NCBI GenBank assembly: GCA_944392235.1
Contig: CALXVZ010000006.1
Span: forward strand, 22,664-86,663
Direction: 5' to 3'
DNA length: 64,000 nt
Source: an uncultured Alphaproteobacteria bacterium
GTDB taxonomy: Bacteria > Pseudomonadota > Alphaproteobacteria > RF32 > CAG-239
Under the pieces are notes generated by a model. That model saw only the letters and a program-made list of their open reading frames with translations, was not told where the DNA came from and ran no database searches. The position numbers and the translations under genes are program-made. Shown piece after piece: positions 48,227-57,523 of this stretch. The first letter of the stretch is position 1; each line of letters opens with the position of its first letter.

Positions 48227-49699
48227 TTAGAATGCTTTAAATAACTTAGCCCAATCAATATCATTTCCCACAACAAGTGCAACGATGACACAACAATAAG
48301 TATATGTAATTAAAGTATTAATCATCATAACACCAATACGTTTGGATAATGATCTATGCCACTTTTTAATTCCCCAATGGAGCAAATTAAAAAACAAGAT
48401 ATACACAATAAGCTGTAAAGATATCCCCAGCTTTTGCAAATCTTCTTTATAACCGACTACAAATCTCGGCCAAAATGTTAATAAAAGACTATAGAGCATT
48501 ACGCAAAAATAAGTAACTCTCATAGTTTTCTGCTCATAAATTTGAGATTGTAATTTATTTTTCTCCAAGCTTTCACGAGATAAATTTTTCAATTCAAATC
48601 CACGAATTTTGCGAGGTTGCGTTTTCTGTTCCTGAATTGTTTTCAAATTAACTTTAAGTCGCTCTTCCGCAACACATAAACCACACCCTTTATTTGTAAA
48701 ATAAGCATGATTAGGATTCTTTTTACAATGTTTTAGATTTTTAAGCAAATAATCCAATTCCATTTGCCACTCAATTGCGGACGGTCTTTTTTGTCCTTTA
48801 ACAAAAGCTCTATCAAAAAGCTTTAAAGTACTTTGCGGTAAGAATTCATGAATACTATATGGATGAGGAGCCTGATAAGTATCCCCCCACATACCATAAG
48901 CATAATGATATTGTTCAATACGTTCTTGAATAGAAAGAGCACTATCAGCATTTTTCTTAACAACACCAGAAAAAGGATGAATACCATTATTCAGCAATTT
49001 AAAGATAATAACAGCTAATGCAAATTTATCTTGTTCCTCTCCCATCTCCTCACAAGATTGTTCCATACCTTCCGGATAAATATACTCTTCGCTAACAAAT
49101 TCAGCCGGAAAACGAGCCTGTTCACCCTGAATAGAAAACCCATCACAATCAAACATTGCAACAGTCATCGTCTTTTTATAGATTGAAACATTAGAAGGTT
49201 TAAGGTCAATAATATAATGCCCATATCTATGTAAAGAAGCCACCATAAGAGCGACATTATAAGCAGCCATAACACGATATTCATATTTATCGCTCAACCC
49301 CAACTTAGAACGAACAGCACCTTGCATCAAGTGATCAAGAGAAACCGCTGCAGACGTATCAATAAAAGGCATCATATAGCCGACACAATATCCTTCATCA
49401 TCTTCAAGCACTGCTTCAGGCCATGCTATTTGCACATACTCAACACCACCTGCAGTAACACTAGGAATATTAGGATTATTGACCACCATCGCCTCTAATT
49501 TCAAGCGATTAGTATTACTTTTCTGTCTTTCATGAAATATTTTTGCAACTTTATCAGGTTGTCCAACAATTTCATAAATTTTACCAGCCGCACCACCTTT
49601 ATTTAAGAGTTTACCTAAAGTAACTCGAGTAAAATGTCTATCTGCAAAAATAGCATTATATTGTAACAAAGGCGACAAAGACAAAGTTTCAGAAGTCAT
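48227..49699 (-). CDS. Membrane-anchored atypical Ser/Thr protein kinase (YegI/TerY-P kinase type)
   Basis: Gly loop NKGGAAGKIYEI, beta-3 Lys VAKIF, catalytic loop YIIDLKPSN (no HRD His/Arg), DCDG in place of DFG, and FALAVIIFKLL..HPF. Cys cluster HCKK...GCGLC. About three C-terminal TM helices. ATGA start/stop overlap with the PP2C gene. Confidence 0.75.
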   Translation of the reverse strand: MTSETLSLSPLLQYNAIFADRHFTRVTLGKLLNKGGAAGKIYEIVGQPDKVAKIFHERQKSNTNRLKLEAMVVNNPNIPSVTAGGVEYVQIAWPEAVLEDDEGYCVGYMMPFIDTSAAVSLDHLMQGAVRSKLGLSDKYEYRVMAAYNVALMVASLHRYGHYIIDLKPSNVSIYKKTMTVAMFDCDGFSIQGEQARFPAEFVSEEYIYPEGMEQSCEEMGEEQDKFALAVIIFKLLNNGIHPFSGVVKKNADSALSIQERIEQYHYAYGMWGDTYQAPHPYSIHEFLPQSTLKLFDRAFVKGQKRPSAIEWQMELDYLLKNLKHCKKNPNHAYFTNKGCGLCVAEERLKVNLKTIQEQKTQPRKIRGFELKNLSRESLEKNKLQSQIYEQKTMRVTYFCVMLYSLLLTFWPRFVVGYKEDLQKLGISLQLIVYILFFNLLHWGIKKWHRSLSKRIGVMMINTLITYTYCCVIVALVVGNDIDWAKLFKAF

Positions 49700-50502
49700 A
49701 GTTCAACCCACAAAAAAGTTTTATCATCAGAATTTAATTTTCTAGCTTGTTTCGTATTCAAAGTATTATTCAAAGCTTTCAACGCTCTCGTTTTATTTTG
49801 TTCATTTTTAAGATAGCGATTAATAGGTTCAATAAATCCGTGTTTAAGCTGGCACATATTATCAGAAAGAGCAAAATTAGTAACACCATCTGTCATAAGA
49901 AATAAGGTATCTGCTTTTTCGATTGGTGTAAAACGCAAACATTTTTCCCAATTATTCATCGTATAGAAATAAGTTTCACACGAAAAATTACCATTAGCAG
50001 GTCTAGAAAGAGTATAATTAATTTTTCCATCTATTGCATGATCTGAATTTACCAAAGGCGTATTTTTAGAAGGATGGAGAGCAATACCTGCCCCATCACC
50101 AATATGAAAAAAAACACCTTTATTTTTATGATAAGCCACCCCCACAATAGTGGCTGAAAAATTCAAAATTTCTCTATCGGACTTAGACTTATTCAATCGA
50201 TGAATAACCAAGCGAGAACGAGCCATATTAATAGCCTTAAAAACAGCTTCTCTAGTATTTTTAAGAGGTGTATTAATTAAGACGTTTACAAGAGTTTCGC
50301 AAACAATTTTAGCCCCTATTTTTCCATAAAGAGCCGACCCTGCCCCATCAGAAACAACAGCAACTAACTTATTACCGGAACAAGCATATTGATAAAAATC
50401 CTGACAAGGTTTTTGCTTAGCTAAATGCAGCCCCCCAGTAATTTTTGTAGCAATAACACGTATAGGACTAGGCGTTTTCTTCATTCCAAGCCTCAATATC
50501 AT
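49696..50502 (-). CDS. PP2C-like Ser/Thr phosphatase (PphC/TerY-P type)
   Basis: KPCQDFYQY, VVSDGAGSA, FHIGDGAG and LFLMTDGV. The 5' end overlaps the vWA gene. Confidence 0.7.
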   Translation of the reverse strand: MILRLGMKKTPSPIRVIATKITGGLHLAKQKPCQDFYQYACSGNKLVAVVSDGAGSALYGKIGAKIVCETLVNVLINTPLKNTREAVFKAINMARSRLVIHRLNKSKSDREILNFSATIVGVAYHKNKGVFFHIGDGAGIALHPSKNTPLVNSDHAIDGKINYTLSRPANGNFSCETYFYTMNNWEKCLRFTPIEKADTLFLMTDGVTNFALSDNMCQLKHGFIEPINRYLKNEQNKTRALKALNNTLNTKQARKLNSDDKTFLWVEL

Positions 50503-51160
50503 CTAAAATATCAGGCATATTCGGAGCCGCCCTGGAAACGCAAGACACACTACGAGAAAGCCACAAGAAAAACTCAGTAAATTTGAGCCCGCTTAAACGT
50601 TTAGGTGTCAAAAGAGAAAACTTGGCCAATTTATCAAGATTAGCCCCTTGAGTTCCAACTGCATGGATAACCACTTTTTTATTTTGCTGAGCTTCACGAC
50701 ATTTTGCAGCCGCCAACTCCCAACCATAATCAGTTGGTTCACCATCACTAATTAAAAAAATCCAAGGTCTTTTAGAGGTAATACCGCAACTATCGTATAA
50801 GCATTTTTGCTCTTCAATTTTATGTAAAGCAAGTTCCATCGCTTTGCCAATTGGAGACAAACCTGAAGCTTCCATAACTGGAGCAGTAAAATTCATTGCA
50901 TCAACCCAATCGGCTGAAATTTCCGCATTATCTTTACCATAAGCTTTAATAACCAACAATTGCACACGAGAACTCGCATCAATATCCTCTTTTAATTCTT
51001 TTTCCAACGCTTGCAAACCGGAATTAAGCTGTTTAATAGGTTCTCCTCTCATAGAGCCTGAGCAATCAAGAACCAAGATACAAGGAGTTCTCTCATTAGC
51101 ATTTTCAGCAAATTCCACATACGGAATCATAACATCGGAAAAATCATTTTTATTTTCCAT
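50468..51160 (-). CDS. von Willebrand factor A domain protein (TerY/YegL-like)
   Basis: MIDAS motif LVLDCSGSM and downstream FLISDGEPTD. Cytoplasmic (no signal peptide). Confidence 0.75.
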   Translation of the reverse strand: MENKNDFSDVMIPYVEFAENANERTPCILVLDCSGSMRGEPIKQLNSGLQALEKELKEDIDASSRVQLLVIKAYGKDNAEISADWVDAMNFTAPVMEASGLSPIGKAMELALHKIEEQKCLYDSCGITSKRPWIFLISDGEPTDYGWELAAAKCREAQQNKKVVIHAVGTQGANLDKLAKFSLLTPKRLSGLKFTEFFLWLSRSVSCVSRAAPNMPDILDDIEAWNEENA

Positions 51161-51196
51161 AGTATTACCCTCTATAAAATCTACGACAAAGACAAA

Positions 51197-51331
51197 TTAA
51201 TGTCTTGGATAAGAATGCGGATAACCACTTCCTCTTATTGGTTCATTTGAAGAAATTCTACCGCAAGCACTTACATTTAAGATGGAAAAAAATACTAAAA
51301 AAATCATTAAAAATTTAACTAAATATTTCAT
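51197..51331 (-). CDS. Small (44-aa) putative lipoprotein, below the ORF-track size cut-off
   Basis: Own translation: MKYLVKFLMIFLVFFSILNVSACGRISSNEPIRGSGYPHSYPRH*. Lipobox VSAC. AGGA lies 6 nt upstream of the ATG. Ends 36 nt before the vWA start. Confidence 0.4.
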   Translation of the reverse strand: MKYLVKFLMIFLVFFSILNVSACGRISSNEPIRGSGYPHSYPRH

Positions 51332-51426
51332 TTTTTATCCTAATCATTGAATAACGATAAAACAAAGTTTATATGAAAGCTTCCAAAAACACAAAGCTGA
51401 AATACACTAATTAACAGGAAAAGTCT

Positions 51427-51975
51427 ATGAAAAAGATAATAAGTCTGATAGTATTCTTTTTACTCACCAGTTTAAGTGCACAAGCATACAGTGGCCCCAA
51501 AGGGCTATATATTTTAGAGTATCCGGTGAATATGCCTGATATCTCATTAGTATCAGAAAACAACGAACAATTTTCTATATTAAGCAGTAAAGCTCAATTA
51601 ACCATTTTAATTTTTTGGTCACAAAGTTGTTTTCCCTGCTTAAGAGAGATGAAAAGGCTAGAAAAATTTTATCCCAAAGCTCTAAAAGATGATATAAAAG
51701 TAGTGTTAGTTTCTCCTGCATCTGAGTGGAGCAATAACACTGAAGAAAGGCAATTTTTAACAAAATATGGAGCCCCGACAATTCCTTTTTACAATGATAA
51801 AGAAAATAAATTATCATTAAGTTTAGGCATAGGTTCCACACCATATACTGTTATAATGGATAAGCAAGGCAAAAAAATAGCTACTATTCAAGGAGAAGCC
51901 GATTGGAGTTCAAACCAACTATATAAACAAATAAAGGCACTAAAAAAATCAGATGAAGGAACAATAATAAAATAG
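51427..51975 (+). CDS. TlpA-like periplasmic thiol:disulfide oxidoreductase
   Basis: Signal peptide. Thioredoxin motif WSQSCFPCLREM. GIGSTPYTVIMD (cis-Pro loop). Confidence 0.7.
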   Translation: MKKIISLIVFFLLTSLSAQAYSGPKGLYILEYPVNMPDISLVSENNEQFSILSSKAQLTILIFWSQSCFPCLREMKRLEKFYPKALKDDIKVVLVSPASEWSNNTEERQFLTKYGAPTIPFYNDKENKLSLSLGIGSTPYTVIMDKQGKKIATIQGEADWSSNQLYKQIKALKKSDEGTIIK

Positions 51976-51996
51976 ATATATTTTCCAAATCACAAA

Positions 51997-52026
51997 CAAA
52001 AAAGGAGCCAAACAGCTCCTTTTTTT
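51997..52026. terminator. Bidirectional intrinsic terminator
   Basis: Stem aggagc/gctcct with a 6-nt loop, flanked by an A-run and a T-run, between convergent genes. Confidence 0.7.
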
Positions 52027-52045
52027 AATAAAACAAACATAAAAT

Positions 52046-53503
52046 TTAGTGAATTTCACAATCTTTTTGATTTTTACCTTCCGCAGCATATTTTTCCAAA
52101 ACGACCGCTGCTTTTTTAGGCATAGAAAGACATCCTGGACCTGCAATACAGCCACCTTCACAACACATAACTTCCAACATATTGCATCCATTATCCAAAC
52201 CTTTTGCAGCATAACGTTTTAAGTTTTTAACTTCATCTTTAGTAAGCCCATCAATTTTCATTGGACGATAATCAGCACGACCATCGATTAAATTTTCAAC
52301 TGCAGCAGCAACACCGCCAGAAATAGCATAGCGACGAGATTGAGCAGAAGCTTCATCAGAAAAAGCAGACGCATCCAAAGCATTAATATCAATACCTTTA
52401 GCATCAAACATAGCTTGAATATCAGCAAATACTAACACATAATCGACATTAGGATTACTTTCAGCTTCAATTCGCTTAGCCAAACAAGGCCCAACAAATA
52501 CGGAAACAGCATCTGGATAACGTTTCTTTAAGACCTCTGCTGCATAAAACATTGGACTACCAGTATTAGAAACATATTTTTCAATATCTGGAACATGAAC
52601 TTTAGCAGTTTTAACATAAGCCGGACAGCAAGAAGTCGTCATAAAAGGAGCACCTTCATGCATACGCTCCACAAATTCTGCAGATTCGTTTTTAGAAGTG
52701 AAATCTGCTCCATAAGCAACTTCAATAACATCATCAAATCCTAAAGCTTTATAAGCTGCAATAACCTTACCTAAATCATTACCAAACTGTCCTAAAATAG
52801 AAGGAGCAACCATCGCTACAACTTTTTTATCAGGATTTTTCAGCACGTTTAAGACGTCAATCATCTGTGAATTATAAGTAATAGCACCAAAAGGACAAGA
52901 TTGGAGACATTTCCCGCAAGAAATACATTTTTCAATATCAATTTCTTCACGCCCGTCAGCATCTTTTGAAATTGCATTTACCGGACAAGCATCCTCACAA
53001 GGCACCACAGATTTATGAATAGCCCCATAAGGACAATACATAGCACACAAACCACATTTGATACATTTACTCTGGTCAATAAAGGCTTTATCTGTAACAG
53101 TAATTGCTTTCTTAGCACAATTAAGTTCACAAGGACGTGCCACACAAGCCTGACACATGGGAGTAACCTCAAAAGTTTTAGATCTGCAAGCATTACAAGC
53201 CCCTTTAGTCACAGATAAACCGGCACGAGTAGGCAACGTTCGTTCCAAAGCTTCTTTTGCCAATTCATTCAAATTTCGATTCTCATCAACATTCTGAACT
53301 AAAAAACCCATTGCAGCCAAGATTTGCCCTTTAATTGCAGCCTTCGCCATATCTTGATTATGGTAAACTGTTTTTTCCGCAGATAATTCATCTAAAACAT
53401 TCTCAATATCATCTAAATTTGTTTCAACAAAGGACTTAGCAACTCTTTGCATCACCTCTGCACGAATATACGCCACATTATTTTTTGCAGTCAGCATAAG
53501 CAA
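52046..53503 (-). CDS. [FeFe]-hydrogenase-like catalytic subunit with two ferredoxin-type clusters
   Basis: CIKCGLCAMYCP and CISCGKCLQSCP (two [4Fe-4S] motifs). H-cluster motifs TTSCCPAY (L1), GPCLAKRIE (L2) and MCCEGGCIAGPG (L3). Confidence 0.75.
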   Translation of the reverse strand: MLMLTAKNNVAYIRAEVMQRVAKSFVETNLDDIENVLDELSAEKTVYHNQDMAKAAIKGQILAAMGFLVQNVDENRNLNELAKEALERTLPTRAGLSVTKGACNACRSKTFEVTPMCQACVARPCELNCAKKAITVTDKAFIDQSKCIKCGLCAMYCPYGAIHKSVVPCEDACPVNAISKDADGREEIDIEKCISCGKCLQSCPFGAITYNSQMIDVLNVLKNPDKKVVAMVAPSILGQFGNDLGKVIAAYKALGFDDVIEVAYGADFTSKNESAEFVERMHEGAPFMTTSCCPAYVKTAKVHVPDIEKYVSNTGSPMFYAAEVLKKRYPDAVSVFVGPCLAKRIEAESNPNVDYVLVFADIQAMFDAKGIDINALDASAFSDEASAQSRRYAISGGVAAAVENLIDGRADYRPMKIDGLTKDEVKNLKRYAAKGLDNGCNMLEVMCCEGGCIAGPGCLSMPKKAAVVLEKYAAEGKNQKDCEIH

Positions 53504-53692
53504 CCTCTAACAGATTAATTTCATAACATATTTATGATAGCTTGCAATTTATAAGATTTCCTAAAAAAAGCAAGAAAAAAGCATTTTTCTACATTTTTTT
53601 AAATTTCCCCCAATTTTCACTTGACGTATAGACAAAAAAAAGCTAAAAATAATCTAGCAAAATAAGTTTATGTTTAATTTTAATGTATCATT

Positions 53693-54349
53693 ATGGAAAT
53701 AAAGTATTTAGGCCAGAACTACAATATTCTGGATTACAACGTTGAATCAAGCACTCCTGCTCGTCATTACAGCTCAGAACTTCCTTCATTTTTGAACCGT
53801 GCCAAAAAAGAGATTAAGGAACTGACTTTAAAAGAAAGAGAAAGTCCCATCGTCACTGTGTATATTGATAGTGGTTACATATTCCACACAGTATCTGTTG
53901 ACAGAGCCTTACTTTTAAGCCTAGTCGGACAGGATTATGTTTTTTCACCTTGCATTAAAAAGATCACCTATTGTTCATCGATAGGAACTTTTGCAAAAAA
54001 AGAAGGAAACCATATCCTACTGTGGGAATCAATGCGGTTAATCCCCAAGGCCACTCCAACATATCTGAACAAGAAATTATTGGAGGAAAATCTGCAAAAA
54101 GTCTTTACGGATGTCCGAATCAAACTTGGACAACTGCAAGACAAAGGAATAAAGTTCATTGCTTGGCAAATTACAACAAAGCAAGGAATATTCTACGTTC
54201 CTTGGCACAATGGAAGTTTAATTCCAGAGAAAGAAACTTTTAGTTTTGAAGAAAAGGAGTTTACGGAAATCAAACGAACCTACAAAGTCTTAAGATTTTC
54301 TCGTATTCTGGAAGGCAATGTTGAGGCATATAGTATCCTCTACGCCTAA
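53693..54349 (+). CDS. Hypothetical protein
   Basis: 218-aa ORF preceded by TTGACG-N17-TAAAAA (53621-53649) and followed by a terminator. No family recognised. Confidence 0.45.
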   Translation: MEIKYLGQNYNILDYNVESSTPARHYSSELPSFLNRAKKEIKELTLKERESPIVTVYIDSGYIFHTVSVDRALLLSLVGQDYVFSPCIKKITYCSSIGTFAKKEGNHILLWESMRLIPKATPTYLNKKLLEENLQKVFTDVRIKLGQLQDKGIKFIAWQITTKQGIFYVPWHNGSLIPEKETFSFEEKEFTEIKRTYKVLRFSRILEGNVEAYSILYA

Positions 54350-54355
54350 AAAACT

Positions 54356-54395
54356 AAAAAACACCGAAGAGATTAATTCTTTTCGGTGTTTTTTT
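54356..54395. terminator. Bidirectional intrinsic terminator
   Basis: 8-bp stem acaccgaa/ttcggtgt with a 13-nt loop, an A-run before and a T-run after. Confidence 0.7.
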
Positions 54396-54415
54396 ATGAT
54401 AAAAATAAATTACGA

Positions 54416-57400
54416 TTAAAAGTTACTTTGCACACCTAATATTCCGATATAATCAGTAACACCTTTTTCACCATCGGCATTAAAACGAGCCTGCACTTTT
54501 CCCATAAGGCTAAGATCTTCTTTAGGCTGCCCTTGATAGTAAAGACCTAAATCATATTCTTTAGCCTCTGGTGTTAAAGAGGTGTTGAGTTTATTCATAT
54601 AAATCGTATCAGAATTATTATCGCGACCACTAGCATAAAGTAAAGACGCCCGTCCTTTAACTACAGAAAGAGGTGAAGAAAGACTCAAGCCTATTTTATC
54701 TTTTGCATTTAATCTATATTCACCAGCCAACATAAAGCTTTCTGTTTGTAAATCAGATATAGCCAACATTGGTGTATCAGCACCTTGTGTATAACCACGA
54801 TAATAAGCCGCAATCAAAGAGAGATTAGGAGTTAAATTCAAAGCAGCTCTAATCCCCATATAATAAGTAGAACTATCTTTAATACCAAAACCGCCTGTTC
54901 CATTCATACCCAAAAGAGCATCATTTTCCATAAGCATTCCACCCATGGTTGCCAACTCAAGATAATCTGTCATATTAAAAGAATACTCACCGGAAAAAGC
55001 ATATGAACGTTCTGTAAAGGAATGGTTATCCTGTTCATAATCACGCTCAAACAAGCCATTTTCACCAGTTTGCAAAGCCAATTTAAATTTAGAAGTATCA
55101 CTAAGTTTCATCGTATTTTCGGCCCCATAAGCCTCATTCATAGCCAAATAAGGATTAGTTGAAGGGGTTAAGACATTTTCCGGAGTATCAAATTTACTAT
55201 TTTGAGCATAATAAAAACGAGTAGCTCCTTTATCAGTTTCGTTGACAACTTCCATTGAAGCCAAATTAGCTTTACCACCATTATCTAACGTTTCGCTAGA
55301 AGAAAAAGAGAAACCAGTTTTTTCATCTTTAATGACCTTTTTATTACTTCCCGCGGCCATTCTGGATACGGCATTACGGAAATTAGCATTAGAAGCGTGT
55401 GTTTCATTAACTAAATTTTCTGTATTATATTGAAAAGGTCTATTAAGAGCATCAAAAGCAGTAACAGATTTAGGTAAAACCTTTAAGATTTTATTCTGCA
55501 TCGCAGAAGAAAGGGATAACTTAGAGAGCCCTGCAGAAGACAGAGAATTAAAGGAAGCAGACGTTGGCAAACCCAACCCACCTATTGGAGTAGTAACAGC
55601 CGCTTCCAAATCCAACGCTCCTTGTCCATACTTTTGCGAATTTGCATATTCTCCCTTATCATTAGCCGTTTCAAGCAAGATATATGCAATATTCTGAGCT
55701 GATAACCAAGGATAATATCCCATTAACAAAGCTACACTACCAGAAACAACGGGAGTAGCCATAGATGTTCCGCTTTCAGCAAGCGTTCCTTCGTCAACAG
55801 CACCGGTTGATTCAACAGTGCTCCCCGGAGCGGCCAAACAATAACCGGCAGCACTTCCACACCAGTTAGAATAATTCGCCATATATCCTGAAGGAGCATT
55901 AGCATCTTTAGTACTATAATCCAATGCAGCAACAGCTAAGAAAGGCACTTCATATTTACCAGGCCCCGCATAACCATAATGAGACAAATCCACAGTAGGC
56001 AATCCCGTTTGTATAGCTGAATTATGAAGACCTTCATTTCCGGTTGCCTGCACCCAAACAGCTCCCCCTTTCGCAGCATAAGCATAAGCTTTCGCATCAT
56101 CAGAATATTGAATAAGCGAGGCATTATCTGCATTAATAATGCTATTAGCCGGTGTCCCCCAGCTATTATTGAAAACTTTAACACCATTATCCGTCAAAGT
56201 TTTGACTATTTCGGAAATATTATTTTCCAAATCCCAACTAACAGCAACAATTTGAGCATTTTCAAAAGCGACACCATGCATACCTGAATCATTTTTATTT
56301 CCGGCTACAATACCAGCCACATGCGTTCCATGATTAATATTGCTAATGACACCTAAAACAGTATCAAGATCATAGATATCAAACTTATTAATCAAGGAAG
56401 TTCCCGGATCCGCCGCATTACCAGAATTTACCAAAGAAAACTCATCTTTAGTAAGACCATAATCAGCTAAAACTTTATTTAACTCCGTCTCAGACAGTTC
56501 ATAGCTACCATTTTCACTGCGTCCTACATTCATATAAACCTGAGTTGCATCTTTTTCATTCGGTTTAGCCTGCACAAAATAGTAAGATCCATTTTTGAAA
56601 AAGATATAAGATTGAAAACCATTAGCCGCCTTAAAACTTGTCCAAATATTAGCTTGATGATTATAATCATTAACATCATATGCGCCAACAATTTTTTCAG
56701 CTAAATCTGCATTAGAATAAACTCCGGTATCAACCACAGCTACTTTAACCTTTTTGAGTTGTTCATCTGAATTAGCCTGATGACTGATGAGATTACCTTT
56801 ATCATCTTTAGAATACATATAGCTATACGCCTCAGCAGCATTTATCGCATCTAAGAAGTTCCCTTTAGAATATTCTTGAGTTTTAAAAACATCTGCAGAA
56901 ATTGTCGGTTTTTTATCACTATCAACTGGAGGCCCGGAGATTTCACCTTCAAAATGGCTACTATCGCTTCCACCGCCACCACCACTTGAAAGAGCCGCAA
57001 CACCACCACCAACAGCAAGAGCCCCAAGCCCCCACCATAAATAATTATTTCCACTATCATCTGTCTTATAATAAGAGGATGAAGATGGTCTTATTGCATT
57101 TTTACGAGTTCGACTTTGAGCATACTGTTCTTTTTGTTCATTAACCTTTTGCACACAAGAATGATGAGTATTTGCCCCATAATTTTCCAATAAATTCTGG
57201 GCTTGAGTATCATTATAACGCAAAGCCAAACAATATGCGGTATTACCGGAATAATTCTGTAAATCTATCGCTCCCTGATAGCGAGACAATCTATGCAAAA
57301 ACGTAGTATTACCATGATTAGCTTGCCGGTAAATTTCATTTGCTGTAAGACTGTATGCAAACGAGGGGGCAAGAGGAAGACCAATACCAAATACAGATAA

Positions 57401-57445
57401 TAAAAACCAAAGACCAACTTTATTTTGCCCCATCATAACCAACAC
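54416..57445 (-). CDS. Autotransporter serine protease: signal peptide, ankyrin-like N-terminus, S8 subtilase passenger, C-terminal beta-barrel
   Basis: Catalytic triad contexts VAVVDTGV, HGTHVAGIVAG and SGTSMATPVVSG. ANK-like GNTAYCLALRYNDTQAQNLLENYGAN. Gly-rich linker. C-terminal amphipathic beta-strands ending in GVQSNF. Confidence 0.8.
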   Translation of the reverse strand: MLVMMGQNKVGLWFLLSVFGIGLPLAPSFAYSLTANEIYRQANHGNTTFLHRLSRYQGAIDLQNYSGNTAYCLALRYNDTQAQNLLENYGANTHHSCVQKVNEQKEQYAQSRTRKNAIRPSSSSYYKTDDSGNNYLWWGLGALAVGGGVAALSSGGGGGSDSSHFEGEISGPPVDSDKKPTISADVFKTQEYSKGNFLDAINAAEAYSYMYSKDDKGNLISHQANSDEQLKKVKVAVVDTGVYSNADLAEKIVGAYDVNDYNHQANIWTSFKAANGFQSYIFFKNGSYYFVQAKPNEKDATQVYMNVGRSENGSYELSETELNKVLADYGLTKDEFSLVNSGNAADPGTSLINKFDIYDLDTVLGVISNINHGTHVAGIVAGNKNDSGMHGVAFENAQIVAVSWDLENNISEIVKTLTDNGVKVFNNSWGTPANSIINADNASLIQYSDDAKAYAYAAKGGAVWVQATGNEGLHNSAIQTGLPTVDLSHYGYAGPGKYEVPFLAVAALDYSTKDANAPSGYMANYSNWCGSAAGYCLAAPGSTVESTGAVDEGTLAESGTSMATPVVSGSVALLMGYYPWLSAQNIAYILLETANDKGEYANSQKYGQGALDLEAAVTTPIGGLGLPTSASFNSLSSAGLSKLSLSSAMQNKILKVLPKSVTAFDALNRPFQYNTENLVNETHASNANFRNAVSRMAAGSNKKVIKDEKTGFSFSSSETLDNGGKANLASMEVVNETDKGATRFYYAQNSKFDTPENVLTPSTNPYLAMNEAYGAENTMKLSDTSKFKLALQTGENGLFERDYEQDNHSFTERSYAFSGEYSFNMTDYLELATMGGMLMENDALLGMNGTGGFGIKDSSTYYMGIRAALNLTPNLSLIAAYYRGYTQGADTPMLAISDLQTESFMLAGEYRLNAKDKIGLSLSSPLSVVKGRASLLYASGRDNNSDTIYMNKLNTSLTPEAKEYDLGLYYQGQPKEDLSLMGKVQARFNADGEKGVTDYIGILGVQSNF

Positions 57446-57523
57446 TTTCTCATTTATTGTCTTAATTTATATAACTAAAATTAACAGACAAACACTAAAA
57501 AAGCTTTAAAAATACGATATTAT

